Shown piece by piece: positions 9,178-19,792 of a DNA stretch of 64,000 bases. This DNA comes from a bacterium (GTDB taxonomy: Bacteria > UBA8248). The notes beneath the pieces are model-generated. The model was not told where the DNA came from. It saw only the letters and a program-made list of their open reading frames with translations, and made no database searches. Location: positions 2,944,001 to 3,008,000 of the forward strand of contig OZ241326.1 of the NCBI GenBank assembly GCA_965199855.1. Direction: 5' to 3'. Position 1 is the first letter of the stretch; the number at the start of each line of letters is the position of its first letter. The position numbers and the translations under genes are program-made.

Positions 9178-9336
9178 AACCCTTCTCCCGCGAGATGCGC
9201 CCCGGAGCCCGCATCATCAGAGGGCGCGGCGCGTTCTGTCAACACGGCGCGGAAGGCCGCTTCTCCCCCCTTCCGCCTTTGCCAACGCCTGCGGGCGCAT
9301 GACACAATCGCCGACACACGGGTCTTGGGAGAATAC

Positions 9337-10326
9337 GTGAATCTTCGCTTCGTCCACTGCGGCGATTTTCACCTCGGCTGCGATTTCGACTACCTCCCGC
9401 CCTCGAAGGCGGCGGCGCGGCGGGCCGACCTCCGCATGGCGTTTTTTCGCTCCGTTCGAGAAGCGCTCGCGTGGGGGGCGCAGGCGTTCCTCATATCGGG
9501 CGACCTGTTCGACTCGCCCCACCCCGGGGAGCGCGACATCGAGATCGTGGCGAAGAACCTCGCGTGCCTCTCGAAGAGCGGGACGCGCTGCTTCGCCATT
9601 CCGGGCAACCACGACCCGGTGCGCCCGCAGTCCGTTTGGAGCCGGCCCGAAATCGCGGACAACCTCCATCTGCTTCACGCCGATCCCGCCGCCGAATTGG
9701 GCCAGGCGGACATCGCCGAGCTCAATCTCACCGTCGCCGGCATCCCCTGGAGCGAGGCGGACGCCCGCAAGCCGCCCCTGCGGGAAATTCTCACGCGAAA
9801 ACTTCGCCTGAACGACAGGGCCATCCTGCTCCTGCACGGCTCGGAGGCCGCGCTCGCCTCGGAGCATCCCGCGTTCGAGGAGCATCCGTTCCGGGCCGAC
9901 GACCTCGAGCGCCTGCCCTTCGGCTACGCGGCGATAGGCCACTACCACAAGCCTCTGGACGTCGCCCGGTGGAGCGGCGGCGGCGCGTGCTACAGCGGCT
10001 CCCCCGAAGGGTTGCGCTTCAGCGATCACAATCTCGGCGAGCGCTCCATCGTCCTGGGGGAAATCGACGAGAAGGGCGCGCTCATCCGGCTGAAGCGAAA
10101 AGCCGTCAACGCGCGCACCATGAAGGCGCTCTCCTGGTCGGCGGGCGACGGGAGCGCGGCGGACGACTGGTTTCGCGCCATCGACGACATGAAAGGCCCG
10201 GATATTCTCCTGAGAGCGCGCGTGCCGAAGCGGGAGGGCGCGCGGCAAAGGCGGGCGGAAGTTCTCCTCTCCGCCCTGCGCCATGAGTTTTTCCACCTGG
10301 ACGTCGTATGGGAATCGTCTCCGTGA
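9337..10326 (+). CDS. SbcD/Mre11-like metallophosphoesterase (DNA repair exonuclease)
   Basis: HCGDFHLG, SGDLFD, PGNHD, LLHG, YAAIGHYH, YSGSPE; GTG start at 9337. Confidence 0.85.
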   Translation: MNLRFVHCGDFHLGCDFDYLPPSKAAARRADLRMAFFRSVREALAWGAQAFLISGDLFDSPHPGERDIEIVAKNLACLSKSGTRCFAIPGNHDPVRPQSVWSRPEIADNLHLLHADPAAELGQADIAELNLTVAGIPWSEADARKPPLREILTRKLRLNDRAILLLHGSEAALASEHPAFEEHPFRADDLERLPFGYAAIGHYHKPLDVARWSGGGACYSGSPEGLRFSDHNLGERSIVLGEIDEKGALIRLKRKAVNARTMKALSWSAGDGSAADDWFRAIDDMKGPDILLRARVPKREGARQRRAEVLLSALRHEFFHLDVVWESSP

Positions 10327-11111
10327 GCAGGCCCGTCCGGTGCGACGTGGCTTTCGCCCATCCGGAAATCCCCGCGCGGATCGGGGACGCGCGCCGGGCG
10401 CGCCGGCAAGGGGCGGAGAGCATCGTATGCGTCGTGATGGACGTCCTGAGAGCCACCACGAACATCGCCGTCATCCTGGAGAACGGAGGCTCCGCCGTCC
10501 ATCCATGCGCGTCCGTCGAGGCGGCGCTTGATCTCGCCCGAAAGCTGCGTCTTGAGCGCGGGCCGGAAAACATACTCCTGGGCGGCGAGCGGGACGGCAG
10601 ACCCGTCCCGGGATTCGACGGAGGGAATTCCCCGCTGGAATACGCGAGCCCGAGAATCCGGGGAAAAACGCTCGTGTTCTCCACGAGCAACGGAACCAGG
10701 GCGCTCTTCGCCGCGAAGGACTGCGGAGAGGTATTCACCGCCGCGTTCGTGAACGTCACCGCGGTCGCCGAGCGGGCGGCGTCCGTCCTGCGCCAGGATC
10801 CGGGCCGATCCCTCCTGATCGCCTGCTCGGGCCGGGAAGGCGCCTACTGCGAAGAAGACGCCGTGGGAGCGGGCGTCCTGCTGGGCATTCTGTCCGAGAG
10901 TCTGGAGAACCCGGAGCTTTCCGACGCCGCGCGCGCGGCGCTTCACCTCGCCGGACGCGCCGGGCGGAGCCTGGAGAAAATGCTCTTTCGGAGCTGCTGG
11001 GGAAAGCGCCTGGCCGCCCTGGGCTTCGGAGACGACGTCTCCTTCTGCGCGCAACGGGACATTACGAGCGTCGTTCCGAAACTCGAAGACGGGGCGATAC
11101 GGAGCGCCTAA
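10308..11111 (+). CDS. comB: 2-phosphosulfolactate phosphatase family
   Basis: VMDVLRATT, GGERDG, FDGGNSPLEY, STSNGTRA, EEDAVGAG. Confidence 0.88.
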   Translation: MGIVSVSRPVRCDVAFAHPEIPARIGDARRARRQGAESIVCVVMDVLRATTNIAVILENGGSAVHPCASVEAALDLARKLRLERGPENILLGGERDGRPVPGFDGGNSPLEYASPRIRGKTLVFSTSNGTRALFAAKDCGEVFTAAFVNVTAVAERAASVLRQDPGRSLLIACSGREGAYCEEDAVGAGVLLGILSESLENPELSDAARAALHLAGRAGRSLEKMLFRSCWGKRLAALGFGDDVSFCAQRDITSVVPKLEDGAIRSA

Positions 11112-11920
11112 CCCTCGGGCGGCGGCACCAATGCGTCCTCAATCAGCCCCCGCGCCCCGGGAGACTCCGCCCCGGGCCTCAGGTGGAGAAAGAACTCCCG
11201 GTTTCCCTTCGCGCCCGGAATCGCGCTCGGGACGACGCCCCGGGGCGCCAGCCGCATCCGAAGCGCCTCGTCCCAAACGCGAAGGAGGACTTCCCGATGA
11301 AGCGCGGGGTCCCGGACGATTCCCCCCTTTCCGACGCGCCCCCTGCCCGCCTCGAACTGCGGCTTGACGAGAGCGGCTATCTCTCCGCCGCCGCCGAGCA
11401 GCTCGCGAACCGGCGCGAGCACCTTCAGCACGGAGATGAACGAAACGTCCACGGCGCACAAATCCGGCTTTTCCTCTCCCGCCGCGGCCCTGAAAGCTTC
11501 GGGCGTCAAATGTCTGGCGTTCACCCCCTCCAGGAGCGCGACCCTGGGGTCGTTCCTCAACTTCCAGTCAATCAGCCCCCTGCCCACGTCCACCGACGCG
11601 ACCCGGCGGGCGCCGCGCCTGAGCAGCGCGTCGGTGAATCCGCCCGTCGACGCGCCGACGTCCAGGCAGTACCTGCCTCGCGGATGAATTCCGAAGGCGT
11701 CCAGCGCGCCCGCGAGCTTCACGCCCCCCCGGCTCACGTAGGGATGGGCGGCTTCCTTGAGGGAGATGGAGGCGCTCTCTGAAAATGAAGCGCCCGCCTT
11801 CAGGGCGGGCCTGCCGTCAACGCGCACGAGGCCCGCCAGAATCAGGCTCCGCGCGCGCTCCCGGCTCGGCGCCAGAGCGCGCTCAACGACCAGCTTATCA
11901 AGCCTCCGCTTTCCCGCCAT
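11108..11920 (-). CDS. tlyA: TlyA family rRNA methyltransferase
   Basis: S4 domain RLDKL, YVSRGGVKL, DVGASTGGFTD, LVKPQFE; follows dxs. Confidence 0.93.
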   Translation of the reverse strand: MAGKRRLDKLVVERALAPSRERARSLILAGLVRVDGRPALKAGASFSESASISLKEAAHPYVSRGGVKLAGALDAFGIHPRGRYCLDVGASTGGFTDALLRRGARRVASVDVGRGLIDWKLRNDPRVALLEGVNARHLTPEAFRAAAGEEKPDLCAVDVSFISVLKVLAPVRELLGGGGEIAALVKPQFEAGRGRVGKGGIVRDPALHREVLLRVWDEALRMRLAPRGVVPSAIPGAKGNREFFLHLRPGAESPGARGLIEDALVPPPEG

Positions 11921-13832
11921 ACGGCTCCAGGTCGGTCAAGCCCGACCCGGCTTCGACGATGCCGCGAGCCGCCTGGGTAATCTCGCCCGGCGTGAGCCCG
12001 CAGTCCTCGCGCTGGAGTTGAGGCGCCCCGTGCTCGATGAAGCGGTCGGGAATGCCCAGAACCTCAACGGGAACGCCTCGAACGCCGCGCGCCGCCAGGA
12101 GCTCCAGAACCCCGGCGCCCATGCCGCCGATGCGCGTCCCCTCCTCGATCGTTACGATGCGCCCGCATCTCCCGGCGAGTTCGAGAACCGCCTCCTCATC
12201 CATCGGCTTCACGAAGCGAAGGTTCAGGACCGAAGCCTGGACGCCGAGCTCCGCCAGCTGCCCGGCGGACTCCATCGCCAGCCCGACCATGGGGCCCAGG
12301 GCGATGAGCGCCACGTCGCCGCCCTCCCGGAGCAGCTCCGCCTTCCCGACGGGAAGCGCCTCGATGCGCTCGGCCATCGTCACCCCCTCGCCGGAGCCGC
12401 GCGCGAAGCGCACCGCCGCCGGCCCGGGATGCTCAACGGCGGTCAGAACCATCTTCCGCAGTTCGTCCTCGTCCTTCGGGGACATGATGACCATGTTCGG
12501 CAGGCACCGAAGATAGGCCAGGTCGTAGGCGCCCTGGTGGGTGGGGCCGTCGTCGCCCACGAGACCGGCGCGGTCCAGCGCGAAGGCGACCGGCACCTTC
12601 GTGAGGCAGACGTCGTGAATGATCTGGTCGTAGGCGCGCTGCAGAAACGTGCTGTAGATGGCGACGACGGGCTTCATTCCCTGAAGCGCCAGGCCCGCGG
12701 CGAACGTCACCGCGTGCTGTTCGCACATCCCCACGTCGAAGCACCGCTCCGGCAGCGCCTTTTGATAGTTCACGAGGGCCGTTCCCTCGAGCATGGCCGC
12801 CGAGATGGCCACTACCTTTTCGTCCTTCTCGCTGAGTTCGATCATGGCGTCGGCAAAGACCCTGGAATAGCCGGGAGGCCCCGGCGTCTTCTTGTGAAAG
12901 GCGCCGGACTCGGGGTCGAACTTCGTCACGCCGTGATAGGTGATGGGCTCCGCCTCGCTGTAGGGATACCCGTGCCCCTTGCGGGTAACGACGTGAACGA
13001 GATTCGGCCCCTCCAGGTTTTTCACGTTTCTGAGGGTGGGAATCAGCAGGTCCAGCCTGTGGCCGTCCACCGGGCCGATGTATCGAAAGCCCAGCTCCTC
13101 GAACAGGATGCCCGGCGCGATGATGTTTTTCAGGGATTCCTCCACCCTGTCCATGAGCGTGACGGCATGTCCGCCCACCAGGGGAAGGTGGCCGATTATC
13201 TTCTGAACCTCATCGCGCACCCTGCGCGCCCGGTTCGCCCACTCGCCCGTCATGATTCGCGCCAGATAGGAGCACATGGCGCCCACGTTGTGCGAAATGC
13301 CCATCTTGTTGTCGTTGAGAATGACGGTGAGGCTCCGCTTTACGTCGCCGGCGTTGTTGAGCGCTTCCATCGCCATGCCGGCGGTCAGGCTCCCGTCCCC
13401 GATGACGGCGACGACCTCGAAGTCCCCGCCCGAGAGATCCCGCGCCGTCGCCATTCCCAGCGCCGCGGATATGGAGGTGCCTCCATGCGCCACGTTCAGA
13501 TGGTCGTATTCGCTCTCGCGCCTGTCCGGAAAGCCGGCGATTCCTCCCCATTGCCTCAGCGTGTGAAACCGATCCCGGCGGCCCGTCAGTATCTTGTGCG
13601 CATACGCCTGATGGCCGACGTCCCAGATCAGCTTGTCCTTCGGCGTCTCATACAGGTAATGAAGCGCGACGACGAGCTCCGCGGCGCCCAGGGAGGCGCC
13701 GAGGTGTCCGCCCGTGTTGGAGGTCACCTGAATGATCACGTCGCGGAGCTCGTCCGCGACCTGGGGAAGGTGGTCCTCCGGCAGTTTTCTCAAATCCGCC
13801 GGACTGTCGATGCGATCCAGCAGTTCACCCAT
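11898..13832 (-). CDS. dxs: 1-deoxy-D-xylulose-5-phosphate synthase
   Basis: GGHLGASLG, WDVGHQAYAHKILTGR, GDG..LNDN, DRAGLVGDDGPTHQG. Confidence 0.97.
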   Translation of the reverse strand: MGELLDRIDSPADLRKLPEDHLPQVADELRDVIIQVTSNTGGHLGASLGAAELVVALHYLYETPKDKLIWDVGHQAYAHKILTGRRDRFHTLRQWGGIAGFPDRRESEYDHLNVAHGGTSISAALGMATARDLSGGDFEVVAVIGDGSLTAGMAMEALNNAGDVKRSLTVILNDNKMGISHNVGAMCSYLARIMTGEWANRARRVRDEVQKIIGHLPLVGGHAVTLMDRVEESLKNIIAPGILFEELGFRYIGPVDGHRLDLLIPTLRNVKNLEGPNLVHVVTRKGHGYPYSEAEPITYHGVTKFDPESGAFHKKTPGPPGYSRVFADAMIELSEKDEKVVAISAAMLEGTALVNYQKALPERCFDVGMCEQHAVTFAAGLALQGMKPVVAIYSTFLQRAYDQIIHDVCLTKVPVAFALDRAGLVGDDGPTHQGAYDLAYLRCLPNMVIMSPKDEDELRKMVLTAVEHPGPAAVRFARGSGEGVTMAERIEALPVGKAELLREGGDVALIALGPMVGLAMESAGQLAELGVQASVLNLRFVKPMDEEAVLELAGRCGRIVTIEEGTRIGGMGAGVLELLAARGVRGVPVEVLGIPDRFIEHGAPQLQREDCGLTPGEITQAARGIVEAGSGLTDLEPYGGKAEA

Positions 13833-13946
13833 GCCGTCTCTCGCCAGGGAGGAACATGACGAAGCCCCTTTCGCCGCAGGACGAGGGCGTCCTCGATTCT
13901 CGGGCTCCGGCCTCCCGCGAAGCCTGACGCGAATTGTAACAAACCC

Positions 13947-14861
13947 TCAGAATCTTCGCAAGACGACAAATCGCGCCAGGGAGGCCAGGGCGGGCGCCCG
14001 GTTCGGGAAGACGTCAAGCGCCTCCAGCGCCTCCTCGCAGGCGGAGCGCGCCAGCCGCTTCGACGCCTCCAGCCCGTGCAGGGCGAGATAGGTCGCCTTG
14101 TTCGAGCCCTCGTCCGAGCCGGTGGGCTTTCCCATGAGCGCCGCGTCGCCCTCCGCGTCCAGGATGTCGTCCACGATTTGAAACGCCAGACCGATTTTTT
14201 CGCCATAGACGCCCAGCGCCTCCATCCGCGCCTCGCCGCCGCCGCCGAGCAGCCCCCCCAGGCGGACGGAAGCCCTCAGAAGCGCGCCCGTCTTCCTCCG
14301 GTGAATCTCCTCCAGGCGCGCCGCCTCCCGAACCCGGCCGTTGGCGCGAATATCGAGAAGCTGCCCCCCCACCATGCCCGCCGCGCCCGCCGCCTCGGCG
14401 AGCACCCGAATCGCCTCCAGGCGCCGCTCGGAGGAAATTCTCTCTCCCATCTCCCGGTTCGCCATCAGCTCGAAGGCCAGCGCCTGCAGGCCGTCGCCCG
14501 CGAGAATCGCCGCCGCCTCTCCATAGACCCTGTGATTCGTGGGGACGCCCCGTCTGAGGTCATCGTCGTCCATCGCGGGCAAATCGTCATGGATCAGCGA
14601 ATAGGAATGAACGCACTCGAGGGCGCACGCGGCGGGCAGGACGGCTTCGGGGTTCCCGCCCACGGCCTCGCACGCGGCCACGCAGAGAACCGGGCGCAGG
14701 CGCTTGCCCCCCGCGAAAAGGCTGTAGCGCATGGCCTCGAACATCTCGGGCGGCTCGGACGCCGCCGGAACGAGCCTGTCGAGCTCCTCCTCGACCCGCT
14801 TCGCCCAGCCGCCCAGGTAGGCCTCCGCGTCGACGCCGTCCGGCCGATCGGCCTCACCCAT
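13947..14861 (-). CDS. ispA: Farnesyl diphosphate synthase
   Basis: GGKRLRP, SLIHDDLPAMDDDDLRRG, FQIVDDILD; lies between xseB and dxs. Confidence 0.92.
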   Translation of the reverse strand: MGEADRPDGVDAEAYLGGWAKRVEEELDRLVPAASEPPEMFEAMRYSLFAGGKRLRPVLCVAACEAVGGNPEAVLPAACALECVHSYSLIHDDLPAMDDDDLRRGVPTNHRVYGEAAAILAGDGLQALAFELMANREMGERISSERRLEAIRVLAEAAGAAGMVGGQLLDIRANGRVREAARLEEIHRRKTGALLRASVRLGGLLGGGGEARMEALGVYGEKIGLAFQIVDDILDAEGDAALMGKPTGSDEGSNKATYLALHGLEASKRLARSACEEALEALDVFPNRAPALASLARFVVLRRF

Positions 14862-15123
14862 CATCTTCATCGTCTTCAAAGGGCCGCAAAGAGAAGGCTT
14901 CTTCCGACTCCTCCACCAGTTCCTTCACTTTTTTCTGCGCCGCCTCCAGCTGCCCGCGGCTGTAGCGGAAGAGCCTCACCCCCTCCTCATACAGCGAAAC
15001 GGCCTCTTCCAGGGACGGCTCGCCCCCCTCGAGCTCCTCCACGATGGCTTCCAGACGCTCCAGGGCGGCCTCGAAGCTCTTCGGCTCCGCGTCGGATTTC
15101 GCGGGTTCATTCGCGGCGCTCAT
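14854..15123 (-). CDS. xseB: Exodeoxyribonuclease VII small subunit
   Basis: SFEAALERLEAIVEELE..SLEEAVSLYEEG. Confidence 0.93.
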   Translation of the reverse strand: MSAANEPAKSDAEPKSFEAALERLEAIVEELEGGEPSLEEAVSLYEEGVRLFRYSRGQLEAAQKKVKELVEESEEAFSLRPFEDDEDDG

Positions 15124-16520
15124 GCGCGCTCTCCTTCGGGCAGGACTTTTTCCACGCGGCAGGACAGTCCGCCTTCCGACAGGCGAAGCCGGATGGATTC
15201 CCTCTCCTTCACGCATCCGGCGCTTTTGATGATGGCGCCGTCGCGCTCTCTGTAGGCCAGGCTGTACCCCCGCGCCAGAACGGCGAGCGGAGACACCAGT
15301 TCGAGCCGTCCCGCGGCGGCGGCGAGCGCGTCCATCCCGCGCTCCATGAACAGCGCGCGCGCCGAACGCAGGCGCTTCGCGCCCTCCGCCAGCCTGAGCA
15401 TGGAAGCCCCGACCTTCTCCCCCGGCGACGCGGCCCGCAGCCTCGGGGCCATCGCGCCCAGGCGCGCCCGCCTCATTCGTCCCTGGTGTCGGGCTTCCCT
15501 GACCACGCGCTCATGGAGGACGTCCACGCGCTGGGCGAGTATCTCGAGGGGGGCTTCCGGCCGCCTGAACGCGGGCTCCTCAAGCAGGCGGGCGAATCCG
15601 GCTTCGAGCGATTTCATCCGCTCCGCCGTCGCCCGGCGCGCCCTTCCCAGCAGGTCGCCCGCGTCCCGGGCGGCGCCCTGCCAGCCTCTGGCCGCGCGCT
15701 CCGCCGCCGCGGTGGGCGTCGCCGCCGCCTCATCGGCCGCCGGGTCGCTGAGGGAGGCGTCAACCTCGTGCCCCACCGCCGAGATGATCGGCGCCGCGCA
15801 CCCGGCGACGGCCCGAACCACCTCCTCCTCGCTGAACGCCCGCAAGTCCTCCCGGCTTCCCCCGCCCCGGCCCATGATGATGAGATCCGCGGGACGCCCC
15901 ATGGCGGCGAGCCCCTCGTCCGCCCTGCGAATCGCCGCCGCGACGGAGGACGCGGCGCCCTCCCCCTGCACCGGCGTGTGGACGAGGAGGAGCTCGACAA
16001 TCGGCGCGCGCTCCCGGAAAACCCGCAGCATGTCCCCGAGAGCGGCGCCCTCCCTGCTCGTCACCAGCGCCACGCGCCGGGGGCGCCCGGGTATCTCCCG
16101 CTTTCGTTCGGGCGCGAAGAGGCCCTCTTTCTCCAGCCGTTCACGCAGCTGGCGAAAAGCGACCTCAAGCGCGCCCTCTCCCAAAGGCTCCATCGAAAGC
16201 GCCGATATCTGAAAGCGGCCGTCCTTCTCATAGAGCGTCACCCGGCAGCGGATCATCACGCGCATCCCCGCTTCCGGCTCGAAGCGCAGAAACCGCCTGC
16301 GGCCCGAAAACATCACGGCGCTTACCCTGGAGGCGGCGTCCTTCAGGTCGAAATAGGAATGCCCCGACGGATAGGTGCGCCAGGAGGAAATTTCCCCCTC
16401 GACCAGAACCTCGCCGAGCTCTCCCTCCAGCAGCGCCTTCGCGCGCGCGTTGAGCTGCGAGACGGTGAGCATCGCAGGCGCCGCCCGGGGCGCGCCGCCG
16501 CCCAGAAGATCCACGTTCAT
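15120..16520 (-). CDS. xseA: Exodeoxyribonuclease VII large subunit
   Basis: TVSQLN, VEGEIS, SGHSYFDLKD, GRGGGS.EDL, SAVGHEVD, VLARGYS. Confidence 0.95.
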   Translation of the reverse strand: MNVDLLGGGAPRAAPAMLTVSQLNARAKALLEGELGEVLVEGEISSWRTYPSGHSYFDLKDAASRVSAVMFSGRRRFLRFEPEAGMRVMIRCRVTLYEKDGRFQISALSMEPLGEGALEVAFRQLRERLEKEGLFAPERKREIPGRPRRVALVTSREGAALGDMLRVFRERAPIVELLLVHTPVQGEGAASSVAAAIRRADEGLAAMGRPADLIIMGRGGGSREDLRAFSEEEVVRAVAGCAAPIISAVGHEVDASLSDPAADEAAATPTAAAERAARGWQGAARDAGDLLGRARRATAERMKSLEAGFARLLEEPAFRRPEAPLEILAQRVDVLHERVVREARHQGRMRRARLGAMAPRLRAASPGEKVGASMLRLAEGAKRLRSARALFMERGMDALAAAAGRLELVSPLAVLARGYSLAYRERDGAIIKSAGCVKERESIRLRLSEGGLSCRVEKVLPEGERA

Positions 16521-17413
16521 CCCGCCTCCCCCCGCCGGCTCCGCGTTCGGTCCTCCCGCGAGCGAAGGGCGTAGGCGCGCACCGTGTTCCGCATCAGCAT
16601 GGCGACCGTCATCGGCCCCACGCCGCCCGGCACCGGCGTGATGGCGGACGCCTTCTCGCGCAAGGGATCGAAATCGCAATCGCCGACCAGCTCCCCGTCC
16701 ACCCGGCTGATGCCGACGTCCACCACGACCGCCCCCGGCCGAATCATGTCCGCGGTCAGGAATTTGGGCCTTCCCAGAGCGGCCACGACGATATCGGCCT
16801 CCCTCGTGACGGCGGAAACATCCCGGGTCCTGGAATGGCACGCCGTCACCGTCGCGTTCTCATGCAGCATCAGAATGGACAGGGGAAGCCCCACGATCTT
16901 GCTGCGTCCGATGACGACGGCTCTTTTCCCTTCCAGGCCGACGCCGTAGAACTTCAGAATCTCAAGCACGCCGGCGGGCGTGCAGGGCTTGAGAGCGCCC
17001 TGCCTGAGCGCCAGCTTCCCGAAGTTTTCCGGATGAAACACGTCGGCGTCCTTCCCGGGAGACACCGCCCGCAGGATTTCCTCCTCGCCCAAGCCTCCGG
17101 GAAGCGGCAGCTGCACCAGTATCCCGTCCACTCTTTCGTCATGGTTCAATTCTTCGATGAGCGAGAGGAGAGCCTCCTGGCTCGCATTCCCGTCCAGACG
17201 ATGATCGAAGGTTTCGATGCCGAGCTTCAGGGCGGCGCGCCCCTTGATGCGGACATATACCTGGGAGGCGGGGTCTTCTCCCACGAGAACGACGGCGAGG
17301 CCCGGGGGCCTGCCCATCCGGGGAAGCAGCGCGGCGATGGAGGCGCGCAACTCCTCCATCGCCTTCTCCGCCGCGGGTTTGCCTTTCAGGAGCAAGGCCG
17401 GCGCCATCTTCAT
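16517..17413 (-). CDS. folD: Methylenetetrahydrofolate dehydrogenase/cyclohydrolase
   Basis: DPASQVYV, GILVQLPLP, PCTPAG, ITPVPGGVGPMTVAML. Confidence 0.95.
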   Translation of the reverse strand: MKMAPALLLKGKPAAEKAMEELRASIAALLPRMGRPPGLAVVLVGEDPASQVYVRIKGRAALKLGIETFDHRLDGNASQEALLSLIEELNHDERVDGILVQLPLPGGLGEEEILRAVSPGKDADVFHPENFGKLALRQGALKPCTPAGVLEILKFYGVGLEGKRAVVIGRSKIVGLPLSILMLHENATVTACHSRTRDVSAVTREADIVVAALGRPKFLTADMIRPGAVVVDVGISRVDGELVGDCDFDPLREKASAITPVPGGVGPMTVAMLMRNTVRAYALRSREDRTRSRRGEAG

Positions 17414-17459
17414 CCTTCGCCGTCGGGAACGCCAGAGGCGGCTCTGTCGCGCCTGGCCG

Positions 17460-18431
17460 CTAGACCACGATTTTTCCGTCTTCGATGATCAGCTGCTCAT
17501 CCGCCCACGCGGTGGGATTGTCGAAAATCATGTCGATGTGGAGCGGGGCGTCAACGACGCCCCCGATGCTCCCGCTGTCGCCCACCGCCATGTGGCAGGT
17601 GCCCCACGTTTTCTTCGCCTCCCGCATCGTCTCCCGGGGCCGGCAGGCCGGATTCGTGCCAATCGCGAATTCGGCCACGTTCTTCGCCAAATCCCCGCTT
17701 TCCTCCAGCAGCGCCCAGAAGCGGTCGGCGGCGGCGCTTCCCGTGATGGACGCCGCCTTTCCGTCCCTGATCTCGATGCGCATGGGCTCGGTGACGAATC
17801 CCAGGTCCTTTCGCTCAATGGAAAAGGGGTTCACCATCACGCCGTTGGCCGTTCCCTCCAGGGGGCTCATCGCCGCCTCGCCGTCGGGACACGCCGCGAA
17901 TTCCCCGGGGCCTCTCGCCACGCCGACGAGGGGAAAGCAGGTTCTCCCCTCCAGGGAGAAGCGCATGTCGCACCCCTCCGGGGTGGTGAACCGGCCCGAT
18001 TTGGCTTCCGTGTATATGTCGGAGATTTTTCGGGTTACGCGCGCCACCTCGTCATAGTCCGCCAGGGCGCCGCCCGCCACCATCATGTCCTCGCGCCATC
18101 CCCACATGTCCAGAACGCGGGCGCCCCGCCTGAGCGCGCTTCTGGCCGTCTCGGTGTGAATCGTGGCGAAGCTGGTCTGGAGAATCGCTACGTCGGAGGC
18201 CGCCATCGCCGCCCCCACGTGAGGCGGCGGGTCTATCCCGCCGTTCAGATGCGGGGGCATGTGCATGACGGAGAGCCTCGCGCCGGCGGCGCTCAAGGCG
18301 TGCGCGAGCGCCTCGGTGATGGAAGCGGGACGATCCGAATCCGTGACGAGGAGCGCCAGCTCGCCCTCCTTCACGTCGAGAACCTGCTCCACGATTCGCC
18401 TCGCGGTAGGCGCCATGTTGAACTTCGTCAT
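17460..18431 (-). CDS. M29/aminopeptidase T-like metalloprotein
   Basis: PDGEA, AEFAIGTNP, EAKK..GTCHMAVG, HIDMI. Confidence 0.75.
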   Translation of the reverse strand: MTKFNMAPTARRIVEQVLDVKEGELALLVTDSDRPASITEALAHALSAAGARLSVMHMPPHLNGGIDPPPHVGAAMAASDVAILQTSFATIHTETARSALRRGARVLDMWGWREDMMVAGGALADYDEVARVTRKISDIYTEAKSGRFTTPEGCDMRFSLEGRTCFPLVGVARGPGEFAACPDGEAAMSPLEGTANGVMVNPFSIERKDLGFVTEPMRIEIRDGKAASITGSAAADRFWALLEESGDLAKNVAEFAIGTNPACRPRETMREAKKTWGTCHMAVGDSGSIGGVVDAPLHIDMIFDNPTAWADEQLIIEDGKIVV

Positions 18432-19099
18432 TCCGTCTCCTCCGCGCGTCGAGGGGCAGGCCGAAGGGGACGCCGCCCCGAACGCAAGTGAAAGCCTCCC
18501 CCGGATTCATCGCATTATATGGGCCGATGCGGCGCGCCCGCAAGAGCGCGGCTTCGCGCGCGGGAGCCGGCCGCGGCGCGGCGCCTCCCCGGGTTGCGAG
18601 AGCGGGGGATTCCCCCTGAAAACCGGGGCGGACGGCGCCCGGGAGACGGGCGCTTCCCCCGGAATCGCGCCCCGGAAACGCTCCACGGAAACGCTCCACG
18701 GAGGAGCCTCGCGCGCATTTGCCCGCAACTGCCCGCATCTGCGGCTTCGGGAGGCGGCCGGGGCGGGTTATATTCCCGATGCGGCGGAAGTGCGCCCCCG
18801 GGGGGAGGGAAAGCGGGCGAACCGGGGGCCGGGCGGGATGGTCAAAGGGATCTCCAAGGGGTGGAAAAAGGCCGGAAAACAGCTCCCTATTTGTCTGTAT
18901 CGGCCTTGAATTTGCCGGATTTTGCAGAAATTCGCCTGTTTTCTCCGGGCGGCGGCATCTCCCGCGCGCCCCGGCCGTCGCCGCCTCGGGAAACCCCCGG
19001 AACGAAGGACGCTTTCGGGCGCGCTGTGCTATCATGGACGAGCGAGGCGGGGGAGCCGCGCGCTTCCCCGATTTTCCCCGAAGCGGAGCCCGACGCGAC

Positions 19100-19792
19100 A
19101 TGAACGCCCTCTCCCGCACCCTCGGCCGCGCCCTCCGGCTGATCCGCAAGGACGTCGCCGCCGTCATGGAGCGCGACCCCGCCTGCAGATCGAAGGCGGA
19201 GGTGATTCTCTGCTACCCCGGGTTTCACGCCGTCTGCCTGCACCGGGCGGCGCACTTCCTCTGGAGGAGGCGCTTCCCGCTCGCCGCGCGCTGGCTGAGC
19301 CACTGCGGCCGCTTCCTCACCGGGGTCGAAATCCATCCGGGCGCCCGAATCGGCGAGGGTATCTTCATCGACCACGGCATGGGGGTCGTCGTCGGGGAGA
19401 CGGCGCGGATCGGGAAGAACTGCACCCTCTATCAGGGGGTGACCCTGGGCGGCGTGAGCCTCAGGAAGGAGAAGAGGCACCCCACGCTGGAGGACGGCGT
19501 GGTCGTCGGCGCGGGCGCGCAGGTGCTGGGGCCGCGCGTCATCGGCGCGGGCAGCCGCGTCGGCGCGAGTTCGGTCGTCATCTCCGACGTGCCCCCCGGC
19601 TGTACGGTCGTGGGCGTCCCCGCCCGCGTCGTCCATCGGGAGGGCGAGGGAAGGGCGGAGGCGCCCTCCTTCGAGCACCACGAGCTGCCCGATCCGGTGG
19701 AGGCGGCCATTCAGGCCCTGCATCAGCGCATCGCGGCCCTCGAAAGCGAGCGGGCGCGGGCGCCGGCCGCGGGAAGGGCGGAGGCGCCATGA
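19100..19792 (+). CDS. cysE: Serine O-acetyltransferase
   Basis: [41 protein letters not shown]. Confidence 0.95.
   Translation: MNALSRTLGRALRLIRKDVAAVMERDPACRSKAEVILCYPGFHAVCLHRAAHFLWRRRFPLAARWLSHCGRFLTGVEIHPGARIGEGIFIDHGMGVVVGETARIGKNCTLYQGVTLGGVSLRKEKRHPTLEDGVVVGAGAQVLGPRVIGAGSRVGASSVVISDVPPGCTVVGVPARVVHREGEGRAEAPSFEHHELPDPVEAAIQALHQRIAALESERARAPAAGRAEAP

Noticed and set aside
11108-11920. TlyA as a haemolysin/virulence factor
   Set aside because: Standard xseAB-ispA-dxs-tlyA housekeeping context; rRNA methyltransferase motifs are intact.
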